Assembly: GCF_024502345.1 (NCBI RefSeq) | Contig: NZ_JALDNN010000001.1 | Reading direction: 5' to 3' (one strand) | Source: Escherichia coli | Lineage (GTDB): Bacteria; Pseudomonadota; Gammaproteobacteria; Enterobacterales; Enterobacteriaceae | DNA length: 64,000 nt | Shown here: positions 63,136-64,000 of the stretch, one piece after another | Layout of the letters: every line of letters begins with the position of its first letter | How positions within the stretch are numbered: position 1 is the first letter of the stretch | Translations under genes and position numbers: made by a program | Notes under the pieces: generated by a model | Told to the model about the DNA's origin: nothing | What the model saw: the letters and a program-made list of their open reading frames with translations, nothing else | Databases searched by the model: none

Positions 63136-64000
63136 AAATTTCCCCTGAATTATTACAAATTTCCCCGGAAGTGCAGGACGCTTTAAAAAACAAAAAACCG
63201 GTTGTGGCGCTGGAATCGACCATTATTTCTCACGGGATGCCGTTCCCACAAAATGCCCAGACCGCAATTGAAGTAGAAGAAACTATTCGTAAACAGGGCG
63301 CAGTACCTGCCACTATCGCAATTATTGGCGGCGTGATGAAAGTGGGTTTAAGCAAAGAAGAAATTGAATTACTGGGTCGTGAAGGGCATAACGTGACCAA
63401 AGTTAGTCGTCGCGATTTACCTTTTGTTGTTGCCGCCGGAAAAAATGGCGCAACCACTGTGGCTTCAACGATGATTATTGCGGCGCTTGCCGGAATTAAA
63501 GTATTTGCCACCGGGGGAATTGGTGGTGTGCATCGCGGGGCGGAACATACCTTCGATATTTCTGCCGATTTGCAAGAACTGGCAAATACTAATGTCACCG
63601 TTGTTTGTGCCGGGGCGAAATCTATTCTCGATTTAGGATTAACCACTGAGTATTTAGAAACCTTCGGTGTGCCGTTAATTGGCTATCAGACTAAAGCGCT
63701 GCCTGCGTTTTTCTGCCGTACCAGCTCGTTTGACGTCAGCATTCGTCTCGACAGCGCCAGTGAAATTGCCCGTGCAATGGCGGTGAAATGGCAAAGCGGG
63801 CTGAACGGTGGCCTCGTGGTAGCGAACCCGATCCCGGAACAGTTTGCGATGCCGGAGGAATCTATCAATGCAGCCATAGATCAAGCCGTCGCCGAAGCCG
63901 AAGAGCAGGGCGTTATTGGTAAAGAAAGTACACCGTTCCTGCTGGCGCGCGTTGCTGAGCTGACCGGCGGTGACAGCCTGAAATCCAATATCCAGCTGGT
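63123..64000 (+). CDS. psuG: pseudouridine-5'-phosphate glycosidase (partial, runs off window end)
   Basis: [40 protein letters not shown]...; overlaps psuK stop. Confidence 0.9.
   Translation, partial: [292 protein letters not shown]

Overview
Escherichia coli-like chromosomal window in three blocks. (1) 1-6.2 kb: ecotin (eco, minus strand) and the periplasmic nitrate reductase operon napFDAGHB (plus strand). (2) ~6.2-35.2 kb: a defective prophage remnant carrying only late functions: a lysis cassette (holin, SAR-type endolysin, nested Rz/Rz1), a ~5 kb cargo region of small genes (cold-shock protein, GnsA/B-like, zinc-ribbon peptides, one secreted protein), a lambda-like packaging and head module, a Mu-like contractile tail and baseplate module, an e14-like tail fibre set with a Pin-type serine invertase, and a DinI-like gene. 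No integrase, repressor or replication genes are present. Its left edge is an abrupt joint inside the 3' end of napB next to a 5'-truncated DNA methyltransferase gene; its right edge abuts tRNA-Pro (proL). From memory of the K-12 map, napC, ccmA-H, narP and yejO normally lie between napB and proL, and none is in this window. (3) 35.2-64 kb: conserved core genes yejM, yejL, yejK, rplY, yejH/radD, rsuA, bcr, yejG, yejFEBA, rtn/pdeN, mepS, lpxT, yeiR, yeiQ, yeiP, yeiW, setB, fruBKA, psuK and the start of psuG. No CRISPR array, rRNA or IS element was seen. The most interesting candidates are an SOS-box-controlled overlapping gene pair of unknown function next to the tRNA, a convergent pair (basic protein and secreted protein) beside a cluster of TGTCCCA repeats upstream of the terminase, an amber-interrupted small membrane ORF in the tail module, and mosaic scars in the cargo region. 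All calls rest on reading the translations and sequence by eye; no database search was run.
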